From: Eledone cirrhosa | Taxonomy: Eukaryota | Direction: 5' to 3' | NCBI GenBank assembly: GCA_964016885.1 | Contig: OZ024750.1 | Coordinates: forward strand, 48,546,001 to 48,610,000 | Length of the DNA: 64,000 bases | Shown here: piece by piece, positions 1-13,244 of the stretch | How positions within the stretch are numbered: position 1 is the stretch's first letter | How the letters are laid out: every line of letters starts with the position of its first letter | The notes under the pieces: model-generated | What the model saw: only the letters and a program-made list of their open reading frames with translations | Database searches by the model: none | Told to the model about the DNA's origin: nothing | Translations under genes and position numbers: made by a program

Positions 1-437
1 TAAATATATATAAAGAAGAAATCAAAAAAATGGTTAGAAAAGTTCCATATATTTTATTATGCGCATTTCGAAAAGTATATCATCCTGGAACAAAAATTGT
101 GTTCTAATCACATAAAATAAGGTAACATGATATGAAGCCTAATAACACTTATGAACAAGAAAGTGTCCATCCAACATATGACACAAATATAAGAGAAGCG
201 AAAAAATAGGAAAAAAGGGAAGAAGAAGGAAAAAGGAAAAAGAAATAGAAGAGAGGAAAAAAGAAAGAAAAAAGGTGGAGAGAGAAAGAGAAAGAGAGAG
301 AGTTAGATACTTTTGATCGGGAACGCTCTCAACAATTGAAAAGCAGCTGTGTATAACGGTTAAAACAATTAAAAAAAGATAGATAAATAAATAAATGCTA
401 CTTACCTGATATATGCTAGTTTATTGTTCTACATATT

Positions 438-513
<76 letters not shown>

Positions 514-1218
514 CATCAACAATACACACGAAGATATATTGGATGTATTAAGGTAATGACTGGATCTACCCCCCAAAATACATATTTTAATTCCTTAATT
601 ATAACTTGAGTATGAACAATATTCTTCGTACAACATAGGTTACGAAAGAAATCACCATCCCTACCGCAGCCAATCTTTCTCTACTCTGTTGTCCCTCTCA
701 TGGACAGCATGGCCTTTGAATAAAGGCGTGAGATATAAACATTTGGCTTTACACTTGTCACAATCACAATTTCTGGTCTTTATGACTCTAACGCACACAT
801 TTCACAGTAAAACAGTCTTTAGACCAAAGATGCACAATCCTTAATATTATAGATTATGTGTCTCTACCTCCGTGTCGGGCCTTTGTGTATCTAAACATGA
901 TACATCATTTCATGTTGCCAAATTCACTCAGCTGAAAATATGAGCAGCACCAGTGAAGAGGGTCTGGAAGGCACAAGTGCCTAACGCGAGTGAAACCGAG
1001 ATGAATGATCAGAGAAAGGTCTGTGCTTCTTTCTTACTGAAATGTTTAAACTGCCTTCTATTTGCTAATATTATTGAGCCGAATTATTTATCGTCCTTTT
1101 TTATTCTTACACTTTCAATGTTGTTTGAATAAGATGTGAACGTTTTGTTCAATTCAATTTCCGATAAAAAAAACAAACTCACGTGAAAAACGATGCTACA
1201 TTGATAATGCCGTAATTC

Positions 1219-1269
<51 letters not shown>

Positions 1270-1274
<5 letters not shown>

Positions 1275-1846
1275 CAAATAACGAAACGAAATTAAATTTC
1301 GTTTCGTTTGTAACTCACTTTTGTATGACTGATACTAGTATTTCAGTATACATATGTGGATGTACATTTTTAACTTAATTGTTTAAGCGTCAGTCATACA
1401 AAAGTGAGTTACAAACGAAACGAAATTTAATTTCGTTTCGTTATTTGTTTTTATCGTCTCCGCTGAACCGGTATGTACTCACGCTCTATGCAAATTAGTC
1501 TGCCCACTACTAATTTTCATAGAAAAAGCATATAACGATATGTGCTTTTACGATTCTCTAGAAAGGCCGGAAGATAGGTAAATATTGCTGATGAGATGTA
1601 ACAACATCGAAACTAGTCCAATATTCCTTGTCTGGCTTTCTGGAGAATAGAGGAAAGGTGTTTCCTCGAAAACCAGTATGACTCTAAAAACCGGTTTGTC
1701 TGTGTGTTTACATACAGAATAGCTGGACACTCACAGTAAAGTGTCCAGTGAAAAACTCGGTACATCTACATATGTACACGTGTGTGTATTCATATGCATA
1801 CTAGTATTTCAGTATACATATGTGGACGTACATTTTTAACTTAATT
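1270..1846 (+). mobile_element. Small HHR-bearing retrozyme-like / non-autonomous PLE-type element (family 'Oct-HHR'), ~466 bp unit with terminal direct repeat and inverted 5' segment, in (TA)n
   Basis: 1332-1381 is repeated at 1798-1846. 1270-1332 is the reverse complement of ~1390-1452. Contains an intact HHR (1581-1625) and ATGCAAAT (1488-1495). Flanked by (TA)n. Confidence 0.7.
1581..1625 (+). ncRNA. Type I hammerhead ribozyme (canonical core, short palindromic stem III)
   Basis: AATATTG-CTGATGA-GATGT(aaca)ACATC-GAAA-CTAG-TC-CAATATT: 7 bp stem I, 5 bp stem II, GUC cleavage triplet. Confidence 0.88.
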
Positions 1847-2114
1847 ATATATATATATACATATATCTATTATTCAAAATATTAATAAATGGATACATTC
1901 ACTTAATCAAAATATATGTTTTATTATATATATTTCGGAGATATAATGTATATATATATATATATATGTATAACGAAGTGTCAAACCAGGTTCATTGATT
2001 ATTCAATGAATATAGTTTTACAATAGATTAAAAGCACTCAACAAAAAAATTTCTGGAGTTATTAATATTATTCAAAATATTAATAAATGGATACATTCAC
2101 ATAATCAAAATATA

Positions 2115-2180
2115 TGTTTTATTATATATATTTCGGAGGTACTGTGCTGTTTTTCAGTACGTCCTCATCAGATAAAATAC
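2115..2180 (-). ncRNA. Type I hammerhead ribozyme (left arm copy)
   Basis: Reverse complement reads TATTTTAT-CTGATGA-GGACGTACTG..CAGTACCTCC-GAAA-TATATA-TA-ATAAAA. Confidence 0.8.
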
Positions 2181-3199
2181 ATAAATTGATGTATGACATA
2201 CCTCAACTGTGCTGATGGTTCAATTCCAGTCTTGGCAGTGATTTATTACGACAAAACTCAATATATTTATATACCACAAGTAAAGGTGTGACAAACCAAA
2301 TATGATGGAGAGAGATAAGTAGCGAAATATAAGTATTAGGAGGGGGTGAGTAGGAGAAAGTATAGAATAAATAAATAAATAAATAAATTAATTAATTAAT
2401 TAATTAACACATAAGTATATAAATGTTTAATATTTAAATATGTAAATATCCGTGTTAGAAAAAAGGACAAGAGAGAGAGAGAGTGCTAAATAGAAGAGAA
2501 AAGGGGAAAAGATAAAAAGATTAAGATAAAAAAGAAGGGAGAGGGAGATAGATATGATAGAATATATAATTGCATAAGGAAAATATATAAAAAAAGAGAG
2601 AAAGAAAGAAGAAAGGGAGATGATGCGTGACCGTTTTTTTTCCAAATATTAAGTCAGTTAGAAGCGATCAATTAAATACCGTGAACTTTTAATGTATTGA
2701 ATTTGATTATATTGAGCACATTATACTATTATATTATATCAAAATTAAACACTATAAAATAGTTATCAATGATAATCAGGAGCAAAGTTAAATTAATAAA
2801 TATATTCAAAATTTAGTTACAAAATTTAAAGTCTGAAACATTACTAAGTACCAATGATGTTTATAAATATTTATATATATCGTATGTAAGTATGAGAGTA
2901 TGTATTACAACTTAATTGCATATCAGCATCTGCATATGCATTTTATATAATGTTTAGAATTATGAATATTATAAACTATGTAAATCAATAGTTGTCAATT
3001 ACATATATGATTAATTATTAGTTATATTTACTCTTGAAAGTATTATTATTTCGATTCAACTAAATCTTATAGTATTCAATACTATAGGTCAAGTTAAATA
3101 CAGATTACACCGTGTAACATATTTTTTGTTCCCCGGTTCTAAGTGTCATTTCATGGTTTGTTATATCCCATTATTATAAAAAACACTATTATTTAATCA

Positions 3200-3390
3200 G
3201 GGCAGTGGATTGGCAGTATCAGTAGAGTGTCGGACGCCATGCTTTCCAGCATAGTTACGTCTCTTTACGATCTGAGTTCAAATCCCGCCGAGGTTGACTT
3301 TGTTTTCATCCTTTCGGTGTCGATAAAATAAAGTACCAGTAATGCACTTGGTAATTGCTGGCCTTGTGTCTAAAGTAGAAACAATTATTT
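3200..3390 (+). mobile_element. tRNA-derived SINE with Meta-type central domain (octopod-like), full length
   Basis: Box A/B-like GGTGGATTGGCAG..GAGTTCAAATCCC, then TTTCATCCTTTCGGTGTCGATAAAATAAAGTACCAG and an AACAATTATT tail. Confidence 0.8.
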
Positions 3391-3589
3391 AATTAGAAGC
3401 CTGGGTTTCTGGTCAGGAGTATTTCGAAATGTTCATATTTTTCAAGAAAAAAACACATTTGATTTTTACTTATCAGTTCATATAATTAAATCAACAGCGT
3501 ATATATTTATTTTATTGTAGAAGCTTATGAAAAGCAAACAAGTAAAAACAAATAACACTTATAAAGCAACTTATACACGTCAGAAATGA

Positions 3590-4620
3590 CTTTATGTCCT
3601 GGATTTGCGGTTGTAGTCCAGGTCGCATTGCTACACTAGTCTCCAGATATAGTCACCATCACGTTTTCATTGTAGTGGCCCTGGTACCTCCGCTCTATCT
3701 CTTTCACATCTTGGTGGAATCGTTCGCCATGTTCTTCTGAGTAGGCACCCATATTTTCCTTGAATTTTTCCAGGTGAGCGTCCAGCATATGGAGTTTAAA
3801 CGACATCCTGCATCCCATGGCTCCAAAAGCCTTTATCGGATCCTGCACCAGTTGCTGGTAGTTTTCAGCTCTGTAGTTGCTCAGGAAGCCATCAACAACT
3901 GCCATGAAACAGTTCCATGCTGTTCTCTCAATTCTATTGAGCTTATTGGAGAACTCGGTATACTCAAACACCTCCTTTATTTGAGGTCTAACAAACATCC
4001 CACCTTTGATTTTGGCCTCAGATAACTTGGGGAAGAACTCAAGAAGGTACTTATAAGCGGCTGATTCTTGGCTGAGAGCCTTCACAAACTGCTTCATGAA
4101 GCCCAAATTAATGTGCAGTAGCGGCATGAGCACAAACGTGGGATCAGCCAGTGGCTCCCACATGACGTTCCGGGTCCAACTACAAATTGTGTTCGCTGCT
4201 CCCAGTTCTTCCTCTTGTAGTGGTCAGAAGTGGCTCTGCTGTCCCAAAGGCAGAGGAAGCATTGGCATTTGATAAAGCCTCCTTGGAGTCCAGGCAGGAA
4301 AGCCACCATCTTGAAGTCTTCAATGATTTCCCAATTATACTGGTTGTATTGCTGAGCTTCCAAGAGGACGTTCACACTTCAGTAACGTCCCTTCAGACAG
4401 GCTGAATGAGCTAGAGGCAGTGTCGGTAACTTGTTTCCATTGTGGAGGAGGACAGCCTTCACATTTGTGGTGGAACTGTCTATAAATAGCCGCCACTCCT
4501 TGGGCACAAACGGCACCACAATAACGTCAAACAGTCCAGGCATGTCATGGCAGAAGCAGAAGCTATCCCTAAGAGTCTAAAAGCCTGAGGAAGGTTCGTG
4601 TCGACTTCTCTGACTTGTCA
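3590..4620 (-). pseudogene. Frameshifted DDE transposase of the Chapaev3 element
   Basis: ORFs 4094-4375 and 3636-4163 contain DFKMVAFL..GLQGGF..CFLCLWDSR, PLLHINLG.MKQFVKAL, RMSFKLHMLDAHL and GAYSEEHGERFHQD. Confidence 0.82.
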
Positions 4621-5524
4621 CCTGCACTTCCTCCTTGACCAAGTTCCACTGCTTCATCATGGAGACGAATGCTTAAAACACAACTTACCCTTTATTCGGG
4701 GTGCGAAGATCCAGTATCAATAAATCTCTTTAATCCACTTTTTAACAATGTTATACTTTATTGCACTTTTATAATGTTCTTTAGGTATTACTCTTTATTT
4801 TATAATTTTAATTTAACCTGACACATATATTAAACAAATCATTTAACATAAGCAAATTAAAATTACATACAACGTAAAATCCAGCATACAAATATTCTAG
4901 TGAATAGCTTAGAATTTTTACAAACCCCAACTTTTAACTGTTTGATAGCACTTTTTTGTTTATTTGGGAACTAAGCAACACAAAAAAATTGATTACAAGC
5001 CAGGAACAGAGAAACAATTTTGTTTTGTCACCCGGTGTTATTAATAAATTTGGATAAAACGAAAATCATACACGATAAATCTAAACAAAAGCTCCGTACA
5101 ACATATCTAAACGTTTAAATTAACTAAAAGCCTGAAGGTATTTCACATCTCAAATATAGAAAATTCAAGACATAAAATGTGGATTTAAAAACCAAACTAA
5201 AGATATTTAGTCAATCAAGAGATTAACTTACTATATAAAAGAACCTTTAAAAGAAAAAAATATGAAATACTCAATTTCTTGGGTTAAGCTTAGAAACTCA
5301 GAATCCGACCGGAACCATTCCATTTCACCAAACTGCAATCTTTGCAATTTTGAGACTCTATTAATAATAGCTAATTATGGTAATTTAATTATTTAAAAAA
5401 AGTGAGTTATGTTCATATTGCCTCGATAAATCTACAAAAAACATTTCAAGCATCATATAAATTTAGGAAAAAACATTGACTGAGTGAGAAAAGATATTGA
5501 CTTTTATTAATAATTCTTATTTTC

Positions 5525-5664
5525 TATGCTTTCTAGCATAGTTACGTCTGAGTTCAAATCCCTCCGAGGTTAACTTTGCCTTTCATCCTTACGGGGTCGA
5601 TAAAATAAAGTACCAGTAATGTACTGGGTAATTGCTGGCCTTGTTCCTAAAGTAGAAACAATTA
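5525..5664 (+). mobile_element. MetaSINE copy, 5'-truncated
   Basis: GAGTTCAAATCC..GCCTTTCATCCTTACGGGGTCGATAAAATAAAGTACCAG. Confidence 0.75.
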
Positions 5665-6802
5665 ATAATTCTTGTTTGTATTAGTATTATGTAAAATGTT
5701 TTACCTCACCTTAGGAAATGCATATCGATTCATTTATATAGTAAGTTAATCTCTTGATTGACTAAATATCTTTAGTTTGGTTTTTAAATCCTCATTTTAT
5801 GTCTTGCATTTTCTATATTTGAGATCTGAAGTACCCTCAGACTTTCAAACCTTTTAGTTAAACGTTTAGATATGTTGTACGGTGTTTTTTTTTACATTTA
5901 TCGAGTATAATTTTCGTTTCATCCAAATTGATTAAACATCTTTATTTAACTTGTATTGAATACAATAAGATTTGATTGAATCGAAATAATAATACTTTCA
6001 GGAGTAAATATAACTAATAATTAATCCTATATGTAATTGACAACTATTGATTAAATAGTATTGTTTATAATATTTATAATTCTAAAGTTATGATAAATAT
6101 ACTCATACTTATTTACTATATTTATAAATATTTATAAACATCATTGGTACTTCAAAATGTTTCAGACTTTAAATTTTGTAACTAAATTTTGAATATATTT
6201 ATTAATTTAACTATGCTCCTGATTATCATTGATAACTATTTTATAGTGTTTAATTTTGATATAATATAATAGTATAATATGCTCAAATATAACTAAATTC
6301 AATAGATTAATATGTCACGGTATTTAATTGATCGCTTCTACCTGACTTAATATTTGGAAAAAAAAACGGTCACGCATCATGTTCCTTTCTTCTTTCTTTC
6401 TTTTTTTATATATGTTCCTTATGCAATTATATATTCTATCATATCTATCTCCCTCTCCCTTCTTTTTATCTTCATTTTTTTATATTTTTCTCTTTTCTCT
6501 TCTATTTAGCACTCTCTCTCTCTCTTGTCTTTTTCTCTAACACGGATATTTACATATTTAAATATTTAACATTTATATACTTATGTGTTTATTTATTTAT
6601 TTATTTATTTATTTATTCTATACTTTCTCCTACTCACCCCCTCCTAATACTTCTATCTCGCTACTTATCTCTCTCCATCATATTTGGTTTGTCACACCTT
6701 TACTTGTGGTATATAAATATATTGAGTTTTGTTGTAATAAATCACTGCCAAGACTGGAATTGAACCATCAGCACAGTTGAGGTATGTCATACATAAATTT
6801 AT

Positions 6803-6869
6803 GTATTTTATCTGATGAGGACGTACTGAAAAACAGCACAGTACCTCCGAAATATATATAATAAAATAT
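6803..6869 (+). ncRNA. Type I hammerhead ribozyme (right arm copy)
   Basis: TATTTTAT-CTGATGA(6812-6818)-GGAcGTACTG..CAGTACcTCC-GAAA(6849)-TATATA-TA-ATAAAATA. Confidence 0.82.
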
Positions 6870-7110
6870 ATATTTTGATTATGTGAATGTATCCATTTAT
6901 TAATATTTTGAATAATATTAATAACTCCAGAAAATTTCATTGTTGAGTGCCTTTAATCTATTGTAAAACTATATTCATTGAATAATCAATGAACCTGGTT
7001 TAACTTTTGGTTATATATATATATATACATATATACATTCTCATCATACAGGGTAATCCATCTCATACATATTATGTATACAAAACACACCAACACACAC
7101 ACACACACAC

Positions 7111-7154
<44 letters not shown>

Positions 7155-8188
7155 GTTGATTGATTGATTGATCGTTAGAAATTCGATATAGCAGAGATTC
7201 AGGAATATTACTCATAAGCTGGTTGCATTGTCATTTCTTATCCCATAACGAATACAATAAAATATATTTTCGTGAGAATGCACGAGGCGAAAATCATTAC
7301 GTTGTGACAGCTTTCAATAAAAATGGATTCTCGCAACTAATAAAGGATTATTCGTGGTTTGAAAGGAAATATCTCAGTTTATATTGATTTATTTATCTCT
7401 ATAGGTAAAATGAGTAAGAAGAAAGAATAAAAAGGTAAAATGTCCGTGTGTTAATAACGAATTGCAATAGTTCAGTTTTGCAAAGCAAATTCAGCCATGG
7501 CCTTGAAATATCTTCTAAATTTGATGGAAACGTATTGAGAACATTTTATATGTTATTGGAAAATGTTGATTTACTATTCTTCCTCAATAATCATGGAGAA
7601 TACGTGCCGAACATTCTAGCATTCAGAAGGGTGCATGGCGAAATTTACTTCATGGTACTGGTTCATTGTAGCTTCATACAATGTATCATACATAACGTAC
7701 AGCTGAGAAACTGTTTTATTTTTACATCCATTCCATATATAGATGGAGTAGTGACGAATAAAAAGTAAATTAAACACAATATGTACGATATCCAACTAGC
7801 CTCATATTTTGAATATGGTGAAAGGAGAACACATTTATCAATGGAATTACAAAACACAAACACAATTTACCTTTGTTCAGAGTATGGGCAGAAAACAAGG
7901 AAAGGAGCGATCTTATACCCAGTAATTCCTAATTTCCTGGATCATTTGTAGCCAAAGTAAGGGGAAAGAACATTGTCTTAATGCAGTGTTTCTGAACACA
8001 ACGTTTTCATTTTGTTAAATCATCTCAGGTAAACATAATTATCTAATAACTTACAATGACCAGAATAAGGAGTTAAATATATAGGTGGGAATATAAAGCG
8101 TATGCTCCAATACTTAATATTTGTGATCTTCCAAGTGTTGGGCGAAAAAATGAGATGGATTACCCTGTATGATGAGAATGTGTATATG

Positions 8189-8223
<35 letters not shown>

Positions 8224-8904
8224 ATGTAGGTATGGATATATATATATATATATATATATACATAGAGAGAGAGAGAGAAAGAGAGAGAGTATATGGTTAA
8301 CTGAACAGTGATGTGTGGATCATATTATGGTATGTCGGTTGTGAAGCAGATAAAATGCATTCAACGACCTGTAGAAAATGTGCAAGTCGTAACATTATAT
8401 TTTACTAAGATATCGGACGCCATATTCCGTTTATTCTGGTTTATTTAACAGTACGTTATACATATTTAACTGAGGACTATAGTTTATGATAGCCTGAGCC
8501 CTTCGGACGGCAAATGCTAAAATTATAATTGGGTGTTCCTAAGAAACATTTAAATTTCTCCGAAAAATAGGATACATAGAGTCGGCCGAACGCGTGTTCT
8601 TGTTTCTTCGACGACTGGACCCTGTATGACCCTAAGAAGTTTGGCGGAAATTTGTTTCAGTTTAAGATGTAACGAAATTGGCTGGTGCCCCCTCTCTATC
8701 AGTAGATGTTGTAGTAGTGGTGACAGAAGTTGTTATACTAGTAGTGACATCCATCTAATCCCAACAAAATATTGTCCACAGGTCTGCAACCACTGGAAAT
8801 ATCAATCTTCGGGTTCATCATCTATTGATGTTTATCTATTCATAGTAGAAACCAAAATATATGATAGTGCACATGCTTAAATATGGAATGATACGCGATG
8901 CCAA

Positions 8905-11470
8905 GACACACACACACACAAGATGGACAAGATGGAGAAGGCGTTTCCCCGGAGAACGGAAAGGGAGAAGCACTGAAAAACCACTTTAACTCGCGGGGCT
9001 CACACCTGTGGCTGGCCAGCTCAGCGCCTATGGTGGTGAGTAGGTCGGTAGCCCTAGGGCTGAGGACACCAGAAGTCTCCACTGCCAGGGATACAAACGC
9101 AAACCTGTGAGAGTGCGACCGGTATTTGGGGAGTTTGGCCTCCTCAGCCTGACGTGCAGCAGAACCTGGGTTAGTCACGGACCGCACCAGGTTGCGGCTG
9201 CAGAAAGGATCGGTGCATGTAGCATACCAGACGAGGTGTTTGCCACCGCGGAACTGGAAGATGGTAATGCCATCTGGACTTTTGCCGTTCCTAGGTCCAG
9301 CCTCACCTGCTCGAGTTGGTAAGGGAAGCCCGCAGCGTCCAAGCCATGCTTTATGAACTCGTTGAGGACAGCATGGCGTGGAAGGCGGCCGGTATCGTGG
9401 CGACAGCAAAGCCAGCGAGATTTGAGACCAGAGGCAAAGGCCGCCATACCTGACAGGTAAAATGGCCTGTTGCCATCCAATGTCGTCAAACTTCACGTTG
9501 CATATCTCCTCAGCTGCTGCTTGGATACAAGTGTCGAGGTCAGCGATGATAGGTGTGTGGGTGTAACACGGAGCGCTGCGAATGGTATAGAGGAGCTTCG
9601 TCATGACGAAGCAGTTCCTCAACAGAAAGAAGGCTGAGTGGACGTCGATCAAGCCCAGTCAGCTCGTGTGAGTCTAGAGTTTTTGAATGGTGGAGCGGAT
9701 GTCCGGCGGGTTGATCGGGGACCCGAGGATGAGGACATATTATTTGGGGTTCACCTGTACCTGGTTGAGAATGGACCGCATGCCGTGAAGGTGGCAGCAA
9801 AAATCTCAGCATCCTGGCTGACATTCACCACCTCCGATTTGGCCGTGTTGACCTGGTGGCCGATTCTCGCGAGGGCAGGAACCACAGATTGTAGGTCATG
9901 GCAGACAGTCTGTCCGGGCCATCCCAACGTAGCATCATCCAGATACCAAACGTTGTCAGATGAGGTCAATACCAACGGTAAATAGGAGGGGTACCAAAGG
10001 GCCGCACTGTTGGACCTCAGTAGCTGAAGGTATGACCGTATGAGCAACAAGCAGCATGCTCGGGCCTCTATACGACAGGTAGTCAGCAGGTAGTCAGAGG
10101 GGGGGGGGTTGTAGGCTGATGCAGGCCTCGAGCAGATGCTCCTGGTGTAAGCAGTTGAAGGCATTCCTCATGCCAAGCTTGATATTGAGGCGCCTGTAGT
10201 CCCTGGACGCTGGTTCCGGTGGGCAGCTGTTGAAGAACTGTCAGGTTGCATGTGCGGCACCCTCACAGCCACCGGACACGCCGACACCCAGTTGCACCGG
10301 ACTGAACTCCTTAACCATTTCGGGTGTTATGGACCTGCAGAACATCTTCGCAGCCCGCCTCCGGCAGACACTGCACACATCGATGGGGCATATGCCAACC
10401 TCTTTCTTCCTGAGAGCGGTGAGGCTAGCCGAAAAAAAGAGGCCTCGGATGTAAGGGTCCAGGGCGCCATGGATGAACGTATTGGTTAGCGCCAAAATTG
10501 CACTCAGAAGGCGGCGCCTAGCCTCAGCGGAGAGGGAGTATAGCAACTCCTTGAGGTGGCCTGGTCGGAGACCATCAGCACATAGGCTGCTGCTAGCTGG
10601 GAAGGAATTGATGGCGGACATGATGTCTGCGTCGGAAGCCACAAGTAGTAAGTGGAGGTCGCGTGGGGGTATGGGTCTGAGATCAACGGGTGGATCAGGG
10701 TGCTTGAGTTGCAGAGAGCCTGGATCTGCTCGATGGGTTGGAGGACAGTGTCCTCTGAGGCAACCACTCTGATTGCGGCCGAGACATCACCCATGATTAA
10801 TTTAGCATTTACGCGGTCACGCAAACGCTTGGCGCTGGCCTCAGTGGTGGAGGATTGTGGTACCTGATAGTGGGGTATGCGACGTCCCTAGGCACGCTTG
10901 GAATGGGCGCTTTGGCCTTGACGAAGGCTGCTGTCGACCTGCCGCCCAGTCAACGCGTCAGGTAAGCTCGCTGTCTCTTCTGGTGGTGTGCCAGACGGCC
11001 GCGGCTGGGAAGCCGAGGGGAAGAGGCAGTTCCTGCATCTCCACGCTGTGAGGGCACTGGAAGCTCGACGTGTCAAGCCAACACAGGTGAGGTGGTGGAA
11101 GCACTCCGAACAGTTCCGACCCCTTTTCCGTCTGTTAGTGCTGCTGCAAGTGCTGCAGGTGTTGTCTTGGGGGATGCAACGTGGGGACGGGGACTGGAGA
11201 ACCGTGCGGCATAAGGCGTGAGTGGGTGGCCTGTGTGGGTGGAAGGCAAAGTGCCGGTAAAAGGGCCTCATAACTCACCTACATCAGATAAAGAGGCGGC
11301 AGAAGGCAAGAGAGAAAAGAAGAAGGGATGCATGGACACACAAGAAGGTAGAATGTTAGCAAATGAATGAGTGAATGGATGAATGTACAAACATAAAAAA
11401 AAAGTGAGGAGAAGAGACAAAACGGGGTTGTTCCCAGCGGAAAGACTCTGAGATCAGTACGCCCACATGC
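8905..11470 (-). mobile_element. CRE-clade non-LTR retrotransposon (RT + restriction-like endonuclease), frameshifted, with N-terminal PHD-like finger
   Basis: DGLRPGHLKELL, SLTALRKKEVGICPI, PVQLGVGVSGGCEGAAHA, WYLDD, WQQAILPVRYGGL, RHAVLNE, SPDGITIF..GKHLVW, FVSLAVETSG. GC-rich island with (TG)n at the 3' end. Confidence 0.85.
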
Positions 11471-12899
11471 GAGTATGTTAGCAGTTTCCCATAGGTTGAG
11501 TCATTCAATCCTGAAAACATATGTGTTATATTATAACCGATACCAAAATTAACTATTTTAGAACTATATTAAAATAACATAGAGAAACTAATTAATTAAT
11601 TAAGAACATGAGGAAAGGATATATTAAAGGGGATTAAATTGGAAAAAAGGTGATTATAATGAAAAAAAAATATTTTGATGAAGAACATTTAAAAGTAAAG
11701 AAATAGCTGCCTATAGGCCTAATCTATAAACCAGGATGTATAAGGTAGATGTATAGTTATAAGATTAACTGGTTTAAACTGTTAAAAGCATGATAGCCGT
11801 ACGCCTCCCTAGTTTAGCGTTTGATCAAGATCAATGGATTACATTAAGATGTTCGTTTCCCCACCTGTCTGAAGATTCAATCACTCGGTGAGGGGGACGT
11901 CAGAGTGCAATGTTACGATATAGGGAATGTCTCGGAAGGGGTTGGGTAGTAGGAGTGTTCCCAGAGCCTGCATCAAATCTCCGTGACACGAATCAAGGTC
12001 TCCGGACCAACATGTTTGACCGGTATGGAGCTATTAAGTTGATCCTTTATCAATTAAACAGTGCAGGCAAACCTAAGGTAATTTAAAGTGATTACAAAAT
12101 AACGCGCCCCGGAGAAGAATTAAAATGAATCAAAATACAAGAAGTTAGATGTAGGCTGACTTAAGGTAACTAAAAGGAAATAGCAGAGTGAGGTACATGA
12201 GGATGAAAAAGGGATAAATTAAAGGTAACGATTGTGTTAATTAATGTTGGCGGCGCACTGGGGAAGACTAGAAGATGGGAAAAACTAAGTATACAACAAT
12301 TTACGAGATAAAAAGATATGGTGCAGAAAAAGAAAATGATTAGTACGTACAATAAAGGCAAGGAAATATACGGGATCATCCAAATAGGTACAAGTGTTTC
12401 CGATCAGAAAATGAGTGTTGGGAGGATAGAACGAAATTCGGAGAATAACATTAAGATAGGGCTGGGATAGAGTTCAATGTGTTCGTAGAGAGATCTCCTT
12501 TGGTCTGCCAGCTTCTGTCCATCTGGTGAGAGGGGAGAGGTTCTCCCCATAGGTGTTCTTATTCCCTGGATAGCCGTTGGTTAAATTCCATAAAGTTTTG
12601 TCTGTGGTCAGGGGATGTTGTTATACTGAGTTTTCCGCTACTCTATGCGTTCTGGTTAGCTCTGGTGCGTAGCAACGGTCTGGGCTTAAAAATACACTTT
12701 ATTTTGAGTACCAACGTTGACCATAGGACTTCCGCCCAAATTCTTGGGGTTATACAAGACCGGCCGTCAACGAGAAATCAACACGCGTTCGGCTGACCCC
12801 TGTAACACGAAAAGAAAATAATTTTTCGGGGAAATTATTGGATTTTTTCCAAATGTAAAGGTTTTTATCGTGACTTTCATTGTTTATTTTAGGTTTCTG

Positions 12900-12957
12900 C
12901 CATCTGAAGAACTTAGATTATCGCAACATATAGGCTTTAGTGAAATATGAATAACGG
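12900..12957 (+). ncRNA. Degenerate type I hammerhead motif
   Basis: CCAT-CTGAAGA-ACTTAG..CTTTAGT-GAAA-TATGAA-TA-ACGG. The counterpart at ~8450-8512 (-) supplies CCGT and TATGTA. Confidence 0.5.
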
Positions 12958-12994
12958 AGGTGTAAATGAATCTGAATCAACTGAATATGGTCTC

Positions 12995-13037
<43 letters not shown>

Positions 13038-13039
<2 letters not shown>

Positions 13040-13216
13040 AAGAAAGTGTGGTAAGAAACCCGGTCGACCAGAACGCACCAGACTACTCGATACTTAGGGT
13101 AGTAGAGTGGATAATAGGAAAGGAGTCAGGGCGCCGACAGCTAGATGCGAAGTGAGTTCGGATCTAGCTATCGAAACGGCCGGAGCTCAGCCATCGGGGT
13201 CCTGAATCCTTTTCTA
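13038..13216. repeat. Unclassified hairpin-rich ~180 bp interspersed repeat in (TA)n (related copy 33946-34108, opposite strand)
   Basis: Shared ACTTAGGGTAGTAGAGTGG and CGCACCAGA motifs; internal stem AGCTAGAT..ATCTAGCT. Confidence 0.5.
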
Positions 13217-13244
13217 TATATGTATAATATATATATATATATAT

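Larger units (their letters stand above)
3108..5037 (-). mobile_element. Chapaev3-type (CMC/Transib-related) DNA transposon, degenerate
   Basis: Termini CACCGTGTAAC.. / ..GTCACCCGGTG with imperfect TIRs and a TTA 3 bp TSD (3105-3107, 5038-5040). The empty site is seen in the other arm of the palindrome (~5925-5950). Transposase motifs lie inside. Confidence 0.8.
1972..7013. mobile_element. Large fold-back non-autonomous PLE-type element: ~1.3 kb inverted arms (1972-5240 minus the Chapaev insert; 5733-7013), each with an HHR near its outer end
   Basis: Arms are reverse complements (e.g. AACCAGGTTCATTG at 1984 / CAATGAACCTGGTT at ~6987). (TA)n at both outer ends. Extra partial copy at ~1870-1940. 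Confidence 0.75.
8418..12990 (-). mobile_element. Old PLE-like element with diverged ~250 bp inverted ends (8418-8650 / 12728-12990), interrupted by the CRE LINE
   Basis: GTCGGCCGAACGCGTGTT (8581) matches the reverse complement of AACACGCGTTCGGCTGAC (12780). HHR remnant in both ends. Weak minus-strand RT remnants (PMG near 12550, YLDD near 12380). Confidence 0.45.

Noticed and set aside
7380-8030. Possible host exons (minus-strand donor near 7870, acceptors near 7702 and 7992; also a donor-like site near 405)
   Set aside because: No open, recognisable reading frame; cannot be supported without RNA data.
11410-11500. HDV-like ribozyme at the CRE 5' end (also considered for 30509-30600)
   Set aside because: Only a P3/L3-like hairpin; I could not build the nested double pseudoknot.
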